DNA of 63,618 nucleotides, filler included, from Basidiobolus ranarum (Eukaryota), in NCBI GenBank assembly GCA_040143965.1. It is 34 parts of 34 records of this genome, joined end to end, with 100 filler letters (N's around TTAATTAATTAA, not from the genome) between each part and the next. Parts side by side here need not be neighbours in the genome. Positions count along the whole stretch, not along the records: positions 11,285 to 13,063 come from JASJQH010004351.1; positions 13,164 to 14,942 come from JASJQH010004352.1; positions 15,043 to 16,819 come from JASJQH010004353.1; positions 16,920 to 18,696 come from JASJQH010004354.1; positions 18,797 to 20,572 come from JASJQH010004355.1; positions 20,673 to 22,448 come from JASJQH010004356.1; positions 22,549 to 24,323 come from JASJQH010004357.1; 27 more parts are not named here. One strand, 5' to 3'. The translations under genes were made by a program, and so were the position numbers. Below are positions 11,499 to 22,861 of this stretch, in pieces. Position 1 is the stretch's first letter, and every line of letters starts with the position of its first letter. Under the pieces are notes generated by a model, which was not told where the DNA came from, made no database searches, and saw only the letters and a program-made list of their open reading frames with translations.

Positions 11499-11971
11499 AG
11501 TACTATTCAAATCTCAAATGTTTAGCAATTTTTCCACCATTAGTTTGCTGGTAAAGTGTATGGATGTTGTTGAGTTATGTCTAATCAGTCAAATATGTGC
11601 ATATGTAGAGACTAAACAAAACAAGATTATTGTATTTTTTGATTCTCATTACGGCTGGAATATGAAGTCAAAAATATATATATAAAGGCATGCATACTAA
11701 TTTGAATTCCTACAGCAGTAAACCCAGTAATTTGCCATTCAAAAATTATATTTTTACAAAAATTGCTAGATATTTAATAACACATGCCAATTTGTAGGAT
11801 CAATATTTTAACATGTCTGAATACCATTAAGATACTGTCAAGAAACCACCATCACACCATCAAAATCCCTGGCAGAATGCAAGCCAATGATGTTGTAATG
11901 GTTCTCTGATGGTTTTGCTATTTTGGAGGGTGGATCTAATCCTGATCAAATCGATTTTATTTTTGTTAGGG
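11499..11971 (+). mobile_element. CACTA-like transposase tail and 'right' terminus
   Basis: Ends GATCAAATCGATTTTATTTTTGTTAGGG; inserted in ORF2 of another copy. Confidence 0.85.
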
Positions 11972-13063
11972 GCTGGAAAGGAACATATCTGGTAAATTTA
12001 TAGATGCTTCATCATTGATTGAGTTAGTTTCTGGCATGATAATGCCTTCCAAAGTGGATAGTGGATTGCTAGACTGCTCATCAATTAAGTCCTCTGTTCT
12101 TGCTGTTTTTTTTCTTTCATGCCAGCAGGCTTTGGCTTGGAAGCAGATTTTGACTTAGAATTTGAATACTTTTTGATTGGCATCATAATTTTCAGAGGGT
12201 AAATTTGGTGTAATAAGATTGCTTAGAAACAGCTTATAGTAAGCCAAAATTGCCATCCATTACCAGAAATATTTTGTAATCCCCTGATGCCTCATCTGTG
12301 ACACCATCTTAGAATCAGCTGATGATAATGATTGGCTACACCTAAAATACCACCCTTACACAGTAGGTGTTCTTTTTTCCACAATATCCTTCTCATGCCA
12401 CAACTAAGATGTTTAAGGAAGCCCTGCTATTATTGTCACTAATTCTTGTGCTCTGAAAGCCAGGGGCCTCATGGAAAAAAAATCACAAGCATGGTCTCTT
12501 TACAAAGCCACCAGCTGCACAAAGCCTGGTGAATATCAGCAGTATTAAGTGCACCATATCAACTTTAGTTTTGCCCACCAAGTCCACTGACTGTACTTTG
12601 CGTTAAAGTTTTGGTAACACTGCCAAAAGTCAAGATACCATGGAGTTACCACAGTTATAGGACCAGAATGATGTAGATAGAAATACAACTTTGGATGAAC
12701 CACTAAGTCCAGACAACTTTGAGGACATGCTACTAGATGTTGACCTCAGTTGTTCCAGTACTGATGGTAGTACCTCAGAAGTTGAAGCAGAAGACAACAC
12801 CTTAGTTACAGACTCTTTGCTATTGGCAAGCACTAGTCCACCCATAACACTTGCAGTAAAGGAAGCAGCTTTTGTTATTGAGGAGTGGAGAGTTCAATCC
12901 AATTTTAGCAACCCGGTGTTTATTAGTTTTCTTACACTTTTACCACAGTTGATTGGCAACTGTTGCTTGCTACAGACCTGGTACAAGTGGAAAACACTTG
13001 TCAATTGTACAACTCATAATCCTTTAGTAATTAAACTGCCTTCATGTCCAAATGGTTGTTTGC
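11972..13063. mobile_element. CACTA-like element core: ORF2 N-terminus (-, ATG ~12183-12186) and transposase N-terminus (+, ATG ~12395)
   Basis: Minus M(M)PIKKYS...ASKPKPAG; plus MPQLRCLRKPCYYC ... KLPSCPNGCL. Confidence 0.75.
12187..12394. promoter_or_regulatory. Putative bidirectional promoter between ORF2 and transposase
   Basis: ~208-bp non-coding spacer between head-to-head ATGs; conserved at ~9970-10180 and partly at 62480-62570. Confidence 0.45.
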
Positions 13064-13163
13064 NNNNNNNNNNNNNNNNNNNNNNNNNNNNNNNNNNNNN
13101 NNNNNNNTTAATTAATTAANNNNNNNNNNNNNNNNNNNNNNNNNNNNNNNNNNNNNNNNNNNN

Positions 13164-14942
13164 CTTGATTTCCATTTGGAAAGGCTGTTTTTACATCCAT
13201 TTGATGTGGATCAAGGGTATTGATGGCTGAGAGTGCCAGGATTGATCCAATGCAGCTAAACTTAGCTACTGGAGCAAATGTTTCATTAAAATCAACTCCT
13301 GGTGCCTGAGAATAGCCTATCACAACTAATCTTGCTTTAAACCTTTCCAGTGTTCCATCAGCTTGGTTTTTGACTTTGCAGACCCATTTGCAACCTATTG
13401 GCTTTCTCCCCAATGAAAGAGAACTACACTCAAATTTTATTGACCTGAAGAGAGTCATACTCATCTGAAATTGCTTTTTCCCATAGCTTGAATTCTGGAC
13501 AATGCAGGGCTTGATCAATAGTCTGTGGCTCTTTGCATAATGCTGCATAAGCATATACAGCATCATTGGAAGTGTTCCACACTTTTCCTGACTTATTTCT
13601 CCTTCTTGATGAGGTTCTGGGTCCTGAATCATCCTCTGATGTAATTGGGACTGCAATTATGGTTGAATAGGGCTCAGACAGAGCTGGAACTCTGTTAGAC
13701 ACTTAAAGAGACTGGGATTTTGGCCAAATAGAGCTTAGATACAGCTGGAAATTTGTCAGACACTTCCTGAACAGTGCTGATTATGCTTTCTGGAACGCAA
13801 ACTGTGACTTGAGGTGAAAAATTAGCTTTTTATCAGAAAATCACATCTCTGTACTCAATTAACTTCTGGTTCTTGGTATCCAACAGTCTGTATGCCTTAG
13901 ATCCATCACAGTAACCATGAAATATGCATTTTTTGCTTTTGTGTTCCAATTTAGAGCTTTTTTGAGCTCAAATTAGGCAATATGCTGTGCAACAAAAGAT
14001 CCTGTGAAGATCCAAATGTATAGATCCATAAAGGGCTTCAAATGGAGTAGAATTTTGTAGCAATCTTGTTGGGCATTTGTTTTTGATATGGACTGCAGTG
14101 GAGACAGATTCAGCCCAATATGTGTAATCTAACTTTTGATCATATAACATTGATCTTGCCATCTCCACTATGGTCTCAGTAGCACGTTCTGCAACTCCAT
14201 TTTGCTGTGTAGTATAAGGTACAGTAGTTTGTTACTTAATTCTATACTTAGAGCAAAAACTAGCAAAGCCTTTGGGCAGTATTCTCCACCACTATCACTC
14301 CTTGGTGCCCTTATTTTTTGTGCTGATTCTTTCTCTATTACTGTTTAGTAGTGCTTGAACATACCTAAGTCTTGAGATTTTGATTTGCAAAATAATACCC
14401 AAGTGTCACTTGTTTTGCCATCAATAATGGTCATGAAATACACTTTTCCCCCCTAGTGAGATATTTTTCATGAGCCCACATTGGTCAAAATGAATCAGGG
14501 CAGAATTCTGAGTGGATTTGATGTCTCCAGGGCTTGAAAATGGCTGCTTGTGATGTTTTCCATATATGCAACCTTCACACAGATCCTAATGAGTGATATG
14601 TCCAATTTCCAAGCCTGAAACAAGTTAATTTCAGATTATTTGGGTCACTTTTTGTTCCTCAATGTGGTCTAACCTTCTATGCCATGTTGGACAGCCTATT
14701 TTACCAGTTTTGGCCAAGTTTGCATGCTCAGAACACAACTTCTTGCTTTCTAGCTTGTATAAGTTTTAAGTTTTGATCCCAGTAGCTAATTTGGTATTTT
14801 TCTGATTTGTGATAGTGCATCCAGCCTTACTGAACATCAAATTTAGTCCTCACGTTGTTGCTTTTCTTACTGAGAGTTGATCCTTGGCTATATTTTGTAT
14901 CTACAGTACCTCATCTAAATTTGAAGATGGTGTACATGAATA
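13164..14942 (-). mobile_element. Ty1/copia pol remnant (GAG-pre-integrase, integrase, RT N-terminus)
   Basis: WHRRLDH, CEGCIYGK, QQNGVAER, IGCKWVCKVK, RFKARLV, QMDVKTAF. Confidence 0.92.
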
Positions 14943-15229
14943 NNNNNNNNNNNNNNNNNNNNNNNNNNNNNNNNNNNNNNNNNNNNTTAATTAATTAANN
15001 NNNNNNNNNNNNNNNNNNNNNNNNNNNNNNNNNNNNNNNNNNATCATTGTGTCCAATTGTGGTGGGATAGTGCCATATTGTTCCTTATAGTGTCCAATTG
15101 AGTGTTATAGGACGCAGCCATGGTAATTGACAGATCGCACCAGATGGTGTACTAGCAGGCTGGATTGAGCAGCACGATCTGATCTGGTCCGATGGAACAA
15201 ATCTATAGCTCAGTGATATACAGGATAGC

Positions 15230-16510
15230 TAAATACATAGCTATATATGACTATATAGCTGCTTAGGCAATGCTAATTTCCATAATCTCTAGGATTAGCA
15301 TATTCTCTTCTTGTTTTTTGGTCAAAGCCAAATTTCCACTAGCACATATCAAGCATCAAGTCTAGATGCCTAGCAAACCTACTCCCAACCATCACATATT
15401 ATACTACTGCTATTCCCAAGCCCCACATTAGTTAGATCTGCTCTGCTAATATCACCGGCTTAAAAAGCTCTAAGTTTCTGCACTCCACTATTTCTTTGGC
15501 TCTGTAAAGTTCATGACTTGTTATCTACTTCTCTCTTACAGAGAAATATGGTTACTTATATAGCAGAGAAGTAAGTCAATTATTCAAGATATTCAGCAGT
15601 TAGTGTAACAGGATATGATAGATAAGTAGAGGTAATAAGACACACTGTTTACATAGATATTGAGTATTGGAATAAAGGGGCCATAGATGTATTGCTTTCT
15701 GTTTCTGATATAGGTATGGTAACTAAAGTCAACTGAGATGTTAAATAAAGAATAATTTCCCAATATCTTCCCTTTATTCATATTGAGCATTATGCTCATA
15801 TTTACTAATGCCTAGACCTGCTCTTAACTTCTCATAACTTGAAGTTTTAAGTGGCTTTTGTTAGTATATCTGAGAGTGTATTTCAGTATTAGAATACATA
15901 GAGTTTGCTTCTTTGTCTTGAACTTTTCTGATATAAAGTGATGTCATATATCAATATGGTTCATCCTTGAGTCATGAGCAGGATATTTGGTGATCTAAAT
16001 ACAACTCACAGCCAATTGAGGTATTTTGGGAGATTGCTGCAAGTGGCTGGGAGAAGTAGAAGAGCTGTTGGCTTACACCTATTCATTGCTTGAGTGGAAA
16101 GTTAAAGCTTACATCTTGATCAAGGTGTATTCATATAGACACTTAAAACATGCCAAGAAAGGTCCTAGGAGTATATGTGCAAGGTTTGGGGCTTTTACAA
16201 CAATTTTGAAAATCTGTATGTTTGAGAACTTCAAGTTGACTTTCTATTGAAAATGTTGGATGATTAATCTTTATTTAACATTGTGGTTAACTTTAGTTAT
16301 GATATATATATCAGAAACAGAAAGCAAGGTGTCTATAGCCCCTGTATTCTAAATGGGGATATCTCTATATCTATATAACAAGTATGTTTTATTACCTCCA
16401 CTTATCTATTATATCTTGTTACACAAACTCCTGAATATCTCAAACACTTGATTCACTCTTCTACTATATAAGTCACCATATACTCTTAAGAATAAAGTAA
16501 CTAAAATACA
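15230..16510. mobile_element. Cluster of nested LTR fragments, including two inverted copies of one LTR family
   Basis: 15520-15690 is a reverse-complement homolog of 16350-16510; TGTTGGATGATTAAT LTR start at ~16254 recurs at ~18588. Confidence 0.6.
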
Positions 16511-16551
16511 CTATCATAAGTTGCCTCTAATTCCCAAAGTCTATCCCCATT

Positions 16552-16819
16552 ATGTCAAGATCCTCCAACATGGTAGCAGTGAGTGAATTAGAGTCTTCTT
16601 CCCAAAAGGAGATTACTAATATTCCAGCATTCAATGGGGAAGATTTCCATGAATGGAGATTCAAGATGCAACTTGTGCTTCAAGGGAAACATGTCAGGGA
16701 AGTAGTTCAACCAGATGAAGAAGAAAGTATAGATTCTGACATTGAAACAAAGAAGCCAACACATATAGAAGCCAGGGCAACTTTCAAAGAAAAAGACAGA
16801 TTGGCATTTAGGGAAATAT
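16552..16819 (+). mobile_element. Ty1/copia gag N-terminus
   Basis: IPAFNGEDFHEWRFKMQLVL fits the copia gag N-terminal motif (F.G.NF..W.F.M). Confidence 0.8.
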
Positions 16820-16919
16820 NNNNNNNNNNNNNNNNNNNNNNNNNNNNNNNNNNNNNNNNNNNNTTAATTAATTAANNNNNNNNNNNNNNNNNNNNNNNNN
16901 NNNNNNNNNNNNNNNNNNN

Positions 16920-17064
16920 TTATAATTGACATACTTGCTTTTGTACGTTTATATTATAATTGACATACTTGCTTTTGTACGTTTATATTATAATTGACAT
17001 ACTTGCTTTTGTACGTTTATATTATAATTGACATACTTGCTTTTGTACGTTTATATTATAATTG
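16920..17064. repeat. Perfect 34-bp tandem repeat, ~4.2 copies
   Basis: TATAATTGACATACTTGCTTTTGTACGTTTATAT starts at 16921, 16955, 16989 and 17023. Confidence 0.95.
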
Positions 17065-17344
17065 GATTTAATATGAGGATCGTCGTACTCCAAATTAATC
17101 CACTAGTACCTCATTTGCGTGACCTCAACCTCAGTAGTACTTTTCTCATCCTCGTGGTGGGTGCGAGGTTCCTTAGAGATAAGACTGGATGTAGGCTATG
17201 GAAAGTTATCAATGTGGATCAAACGAGATCTGACTAGTTTCTCCTGCAGCTCACTATCCGCTTGCTTCTCAAGATCGCTCTCACAGGTACAACAATAGAG
17301 ATAACGTTTGATGGTATCTCCATAGAGCATGGTCAGTGAGGCTA

Positions 17345-18330
17345 TGCTTAGTATGAGTACAAGCCAGGAAAGTGCACTGCCAAATAGAACCCAAAGTAGA
17401 CGACCTACACCAACACGAACGCGATAAACCAGGGGATATGAATGGGGACGTGAGAAGTCCGTTCCAAAAAAGAATCCCCCTTACGTATTTCACTAGCTGA
17501 GCGAGCAGAAGTACCCCATTGTGTTACATGTGGAGTGATCCTTGCATACATCTTAGATGGAATGAAGAAGAGGAAGTAGTAAAATTCGTAAAATAGAAAA
17601 GCACGAAAGAGAAATACAGACCCCTGATGAGGAAGAAGAAGTAGTAAAATCCATAAAATGAGAACAAAAAGAAGTCAAACCGAGCATAGAGAACCCAGGA
17701 TATGCACAAAAGAGAAATACAGACCCCTTCTTGGGATAATCTGCAATCAAAAGCATGCTTACTAACCTATTCATCTTTACCAACCAACTTCTATGTAGTA
17801 AAGAAGGAGTAGGGTACTCGAACAAATCCAACGGCCCACATGGTTGCCAAGAATACGGCTAATCGTTCGAGACTATAGCTTCCATAGAGATATGCTAAAC
17901 CATTATAAGCTGTGATGAAGGGGCACAATGCTTGTACAAATGTCTCGACACAAAACCAAGGAGAATGGAGAGTGCGAACTTATAGAAATCAAAAGAGTTC
18001 CCTATAGAGGGACTTGCCCCATCTAGTTTGTTGCTTGATCCAGCGAACTATTGTAACTGGCGCATCTGAATAGCAATAGGCGTGATATGTATAAAGAACA
18101 TTAAGATTGCAATTAAGTACTTGATTTGTAAGATGACAATCATGGCCAAAAGTAGTTTCGGTATTTGCAAATTTCTGAGTAACCCAAGATCCGAGAATAA
18201 TTCGGAGAATACGAACATCATATAGTCCAAGTGGGCCACTGACGCATAAGACCCCTAAGTAACCCAAGATCTGAGAATAATTTGGAGAGTACAAACATTG
18301 TATAGTCTAAGTGAGCCACTAACGCACAAT
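17345..18330 (-). pseudogene. Hyaluronan-synthase-like GT2 glycosyltransferase pseudogene (C-terminal half)
   Basis: CVSGPLGLY; TFGHDCHLTN (cf. GDDRHLTN); RWIKQQTRWGKSLYRE; IPSKMYA...QWGTSAR; stops, frameshifts and internal duplications. Confidence 0.8.
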
Positions 18331-18339
18331 GCAAGCTTA

Positions 18340-18696
18340 GCCAAGTATCCCATCAGAACAAAGTTTGATCCAGAAGATGTGTATTTCAGGCCCAGATCCA
18401 CAGAACCTTTCAAATATTGGAAAATCTACTTAACTACAATGATTTAATCAGATCCATATTTTTGTAGATATTGGCACATAACCATCACGGAATATGCAAT
18501 ATCTAGCTATCTTCCACCATGATATACATCAAACTACCAATCATAGGTTGATAAGGAAATTTCTGGCTTTCATTTGAAGTCAAGAATTGTTGGATAATTA
18601 ATCTTTATTCAACATCATAGTTAACTTTAGTTATGATACATATATCAGAAACAGAAAGCAACATATCTATAGCCCCTATATTCTAAATAGGAATAT
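18340..18696. mobile_element. Copia RT fragment (-) and LTR start (~18588)
   Basis: Homologous to 56500-56760; TGTTGGATAATTAAT LTR start. Confidence 0.75.
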
Positions 18697-18796
18697 NNNN
18701 NNNNNNNNNNNNNNNNNNNNNNNNNNNNNNNNNNNNNNNNTTAATTAATTAANNNNNNNNNNNNNNNNNNNNNNNNNNNNNNNNNNNNNNNNNNNN

Positions 18797-19662
18797 TAAA
18801 CTTAACTAATAACTTAATAATTCAAATTGTGCCTGAGCTACAGGCTTGGTCAAGATTCCAGCAATCATTTCTTCATTGGGTCAATAGACAAGTTCATTAA
18901 TATTGTTCTCTATTGCTTCTTTGACAATATGATGCCTGATATCTATATGTTTTGTTCATGATTGAAATGTAAGGCTATTAGCTAATGAAATACAACTTTG
19001 ATTATCTTCAAATACAGCATCAGCATGTTTTTGCATGCATCCTTAGTCCAAAAGTAACTTCCTTAAACAAATAGATTCTAGTGTAGAAGCAGAGGTAGCC
19101 ATGTTCTCTGCTTCTGTAGTGGAAAGTGCTATGGTTGATTGCTTCTTACAATATCAGGTAGGCTCCCAAGGATTGTAATTACTAAATCATCATCATTTAG
19201 AGATGCTCCAAATAGATGAGTGCTGTTCTGCTATAGCTTTTATCCAATTTATATGATTAAATATAGAATCGTCAAAATTCATCTGAATTGAGAATAAATT
19301 TTGCCAAGATAAAGCCTGTTAGCCAAACTTGCAGTCTTATATAGTCCCTCCAGTGTTTCCCAAGCAGTTTGGACATTTTTGGCCTAGTGTATGTGCTTTA
19401 ATTGAGAGTCTCTCAGATTTAGACAAAGTGAAAAGAGATTTTCCTCTGCTTCTTATTAAAGGTAAGAATAGCTATTGGTGGTCTCTTAAGCTCTGTTTCT
19501 TCTCCTGCAACAAATCCCCAAAGGTCTGTGTCCTCTAGCATCATATGCATTTTGAACTCTCAAAGATGAAAGTCTTTGCCATCAAACTCCTCTGTGGATG
19601 CAAAAATGTCAGTAATAGTTCTGGTAGATATTCTTTCAACAGCTAGCTTGGGGCTCATAACC
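18797..19662 (-). mobile_element. Copia remnant: PBS (19651-19662), gag fragment, RNase H fragment
   Basis: Minus strand CA|GGTTATGAGCCC; FDGKDFHL gag motif; EDNQS and TKHIDIRHH RNase H motifs. Confidence 0.8.
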
Positions 19663-19894
19663 TGATAAAATTGTTCAAGGTACTAGGAAGTGTTTTGGAC
19701 AAGATTTGGATTTGTATATTAAACACTTGAGTTTTATTGTACTGAATATATCCTATTTATAGTTTACTACAAAATTAGACTATTCAACATGCTTGGATTA
19801 TAGCAATCATGCCTGCAAAGAATGAGTGAAAGCTTGAGGTGTTTTCAAGAAGTTTTGAGAAAACAGTGAAAATTGGTAAAAGTGTCACTCAACA

Positions 19895-20572
19895 AACCAT
19901 ACATATGAGTGTCAGCATGACAATCTTGCTAAGTGGAATATGTGACAGATTTTCAGGCCTGCACAATGACCTAAAATTGCTTAGGCACATGTAATTAGAA
20001 ATCTGTTACAAGAAGGAGGAACCCAAAAGACCTTGCATGTCAAATCTACTTTCACTTGCTCTGATGATTAAATGATTAGCATCTTTGAAACAGTGCAGAA
20101 TCCTGCCCAGAAGCACCCTTACTTAAGGAAAGTGTACAAAAACCAAATACCAGGCATCTTCTGGTGGGTTCTTGACTTATTTCATGTGGCTTATCCTGGG
20201 TTTGTGCAAGCAAATGGCAATATGGTTAGTATAGACTATTGTTGAAATGTTGCAGAAATGTATGCAAATGCTGACTTGGAAAAGAAAGCAAAGCAGCTAA
20301 AGCTATACTTATGGACCAGGAAGTTAGTAAACCCAGGGAAAATGCAAAGAAGCAAGTGATTTTTGGCTATACAATTACCCTTACTGATTTCTTCACACCA
20401 TCACATATACAAGTATTTCCTTAGTTGGATATATTAGGAAATATATTGTTGAAAAGGCTTGATTTTAATGTGCAGTCAAGAACACCAGTTGACAGAGTTC
20501 AAAAGTTGGAAGCATATCTAACACCCAGCATCTCCCAACAAGCTAAAACACCAGCAAATAAAACTCATGCAT
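19895..20572 (+). mobile_element. CACTA-like ORF2, middle section (degenerate)
   Basis: Overlaps 29680-29945 at its 5' side and 1-270 at its 3' side. Confidence 0.7.
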
Positions 20573-20672
20573 NNNNNNNNNNNNNNNNNNNNNNNNNNNN
20601 NNNNNNNNNNNNNNNNTTAATTAATTAANNNNNNNNNNNNNNNNNNNNNNNNNNNNNNNNNNNNNNNNNNNN

Positions 20673-21009
20673 TATTTTGATTATCATTATGGCTGGAATA
20701 CTAAGCCTAAAATATGCAAATAAAGGCATGCATATTAATTCAAATTCCTACAGCAGTAAACCCAGTAATTTGCCATTCAAAAATTATATTTTTGCAAAAA
20801 TTGCTGGATATTGAATAACACATGCCAAATTTGAGGATCAATATTTTAACATGTATGAATACCACCAAGATACCATCAAGAAACCGCCATCACATCATCA
20901 AAATCCCTGGCAGAATGCAAGCCAATGATATTGTGATGGTTCTCTGATGGTTTGGCTATTTTGGAGGGTGGATCCAATCCGGATCAAATCAATTTTATTT
21001 TTGTTAGGG
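20673..21009 (+). mobile_element. CACTA-like 'right' terminus
   Basis: Ends GGATCCAATCCGGATCAAATCAATTTTATTTTTGTTAGGG. Confidence 0.85.
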
Positions 21010-21445
21010 TTTGTTTATCTTAATATATTGTAGGTGGTGAATTTTGATCATAACACAAATCTGTTAAGAGTTTTGTTAACCATATTGCTTAACTTGTTGC
21101 TTTGAAGGCAGCCATGTATTCCACTTCTGTTGTTGAAAGTGCTACAGTAGGTTGTTTCTTTGAATTCCAAGAAATAGTTCCATTACAGCAAAGAAATAAG
21201 TATCCTGTTGTAGATCTCCTATCTTAAATATCTCTTCCCCAATCTGCATCTGAATATGCCAGCAGATCAAAGTTTGCTCCAAAAAATGTGTATTTTAAAC
21301 ATATATCCAGGGTACCTTTCAAATATCTAAAAATCCACTTAACTGCACTGATTTGATCAAATCCATAATTTTTAAGATATTGTTACCTAACTCGCACAGA
21401 ATATGCAAAAATCTAGCCATGTTCCAGCCATGATATATATCAAAC
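21010..21445 (-). mobile_element. Copia RT/RNase H fragment
   Basis: [27 protein letters not shown]. Confidence 0.85.
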
Positions 21446-22448
21446 TGTTGAAGTTTATAGTCTTTATCATATTTGTTATCTCAATCTTGACACACCTTAC
21501 TATTTCATAAATCACATAAAAGTTAGTAAACATTACTTAGTCAAATATCACATAGCTGAAAATTGGAACATATATTATATATATATGTGAATAATGTGAG
21601 AATTAGCAATTCCATATTGGAAGTTCAAACTTGTCCAAATTGCCTCAAAGATAGCTCATTTTACTCCCACAGATGTTTTAACATAACCCCATTGTTAGTT
21701 TTCTGTATTTCCACCAAAATGTTTAAATGATTTATTTCTGGACAATAAATAAGTATCTCATAAAGCTATTCACAACTCCACTTTTTTAAAGTTCCTCCAA
21801 ACAGCCCATATTTTCCCAATTGGTTATGAACCTTATGTTCTAACCTTTACAGCATGACAGAAACCACTACTACCACTTTTATTAACTAAAGCATTCAAAA
21901 GCTTGATGGAGAAAATTACAATTTCTGGAAGTTCAAGATGAAAATCATGCTGGAAGACAGGGAGCTTTGGGATGTAGTCTCTGGTATGAAAAGGAACCTT
22001 CTGACCCTACTTTATTGGATGCTTACAAGAAAAGAGACAAGAAAGCCTTTACATCATTTGTCAAAGTTTGAAGGATTCACAACTTGTGAATACTCCATAT
22101 GCAAAGACTTCCCATCAAGCTTATACTATATTGGAAGAGTGTTATGAAGCAAAGAGTCTTTCTAATAGACTCTTTCTCAGACAAAAATTCTTTAATATAA
22201 AGATGGAAAAGTCTAAAAGCATGGATACTCATATTGTATATGTGAGATCTTTGGCAAAACAACTGGAAAATATGGGTGCAACTTTACAGGAAGTAGATAT
22301 CATTATGATTCTTCTAAGTAGTTTACCAGAACAGTATTCAAACTTGGCCACAGCTTGGGAAGCAAGATCTGACAAGTTGTCTTTGGAGTGTGTGGTAGCA
22401 AGGCTAATGGATCAGCATCTCAGAAGTATAAATTTGGAAAAAAAATAT
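21446..22448 (+). mobile_element. 5' end of a copia element: LTR family L3 (21446-~21821), PBS (21822-21832), gag (from 21854)
   Basis: TGTTGAAG LTR start (copies at 30391-30770 and 49107-49484); GGTTATGAACC; LDGENYNFWKFKMK and LLSSLPEQY gag motifs. Confidence 0.85.
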
Positions 22449-22548
22449 NNNNNNNNNNNNNNNNNNNNNNNNNNNNNNNNNNNNNNNNNNNNTTAATTAA
22501 TTAANNNNNNNNNNNNNNNNNNNNNNNNNNNNNNNNNNNNNNNNNNNN

Positions 22549-22861
22549 GGAATACAAAGCCTGAGATATCTAACTAAAGGCTTGCATATTAATTTGAATT
22601 CCTACAGCAGTAAACCCAGTAATTTGCCATTTGAAAATTATATTTTGCAAAATTGCCGGATATTGAATAATGCATGCCAAATTTGATGATCAATTTTTTA
22701 ACATGTATGAATACCATCAGAATACCATCAAGAAACTGCCGTCACACCATCACAATCCGTGGCAGAATGCAAGCCACCAATATTGTGACAGTTCTCTGAT
22801 GGTTTTGCTCTTTTGGAGGGTGGATCCAATCCAGATCAAATCAATTTTATTTTTGTTAGGG
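22549..22861 (+). mobile_element. CACTA-like 'right' terminus
   Basis: Ends ATTTTTGTTAGGG. Confidence 0.85.

Noticed and set aside
16920-17064. CRISPR array or tandem sigma70 promoters (unit contains TTGACA and TATAAT)
   Set aside because: Units are contiguous with no spacers; TTGACA to the next TATAAT is 23 bp, not ~17; context is eukaryotic and AT-rich.
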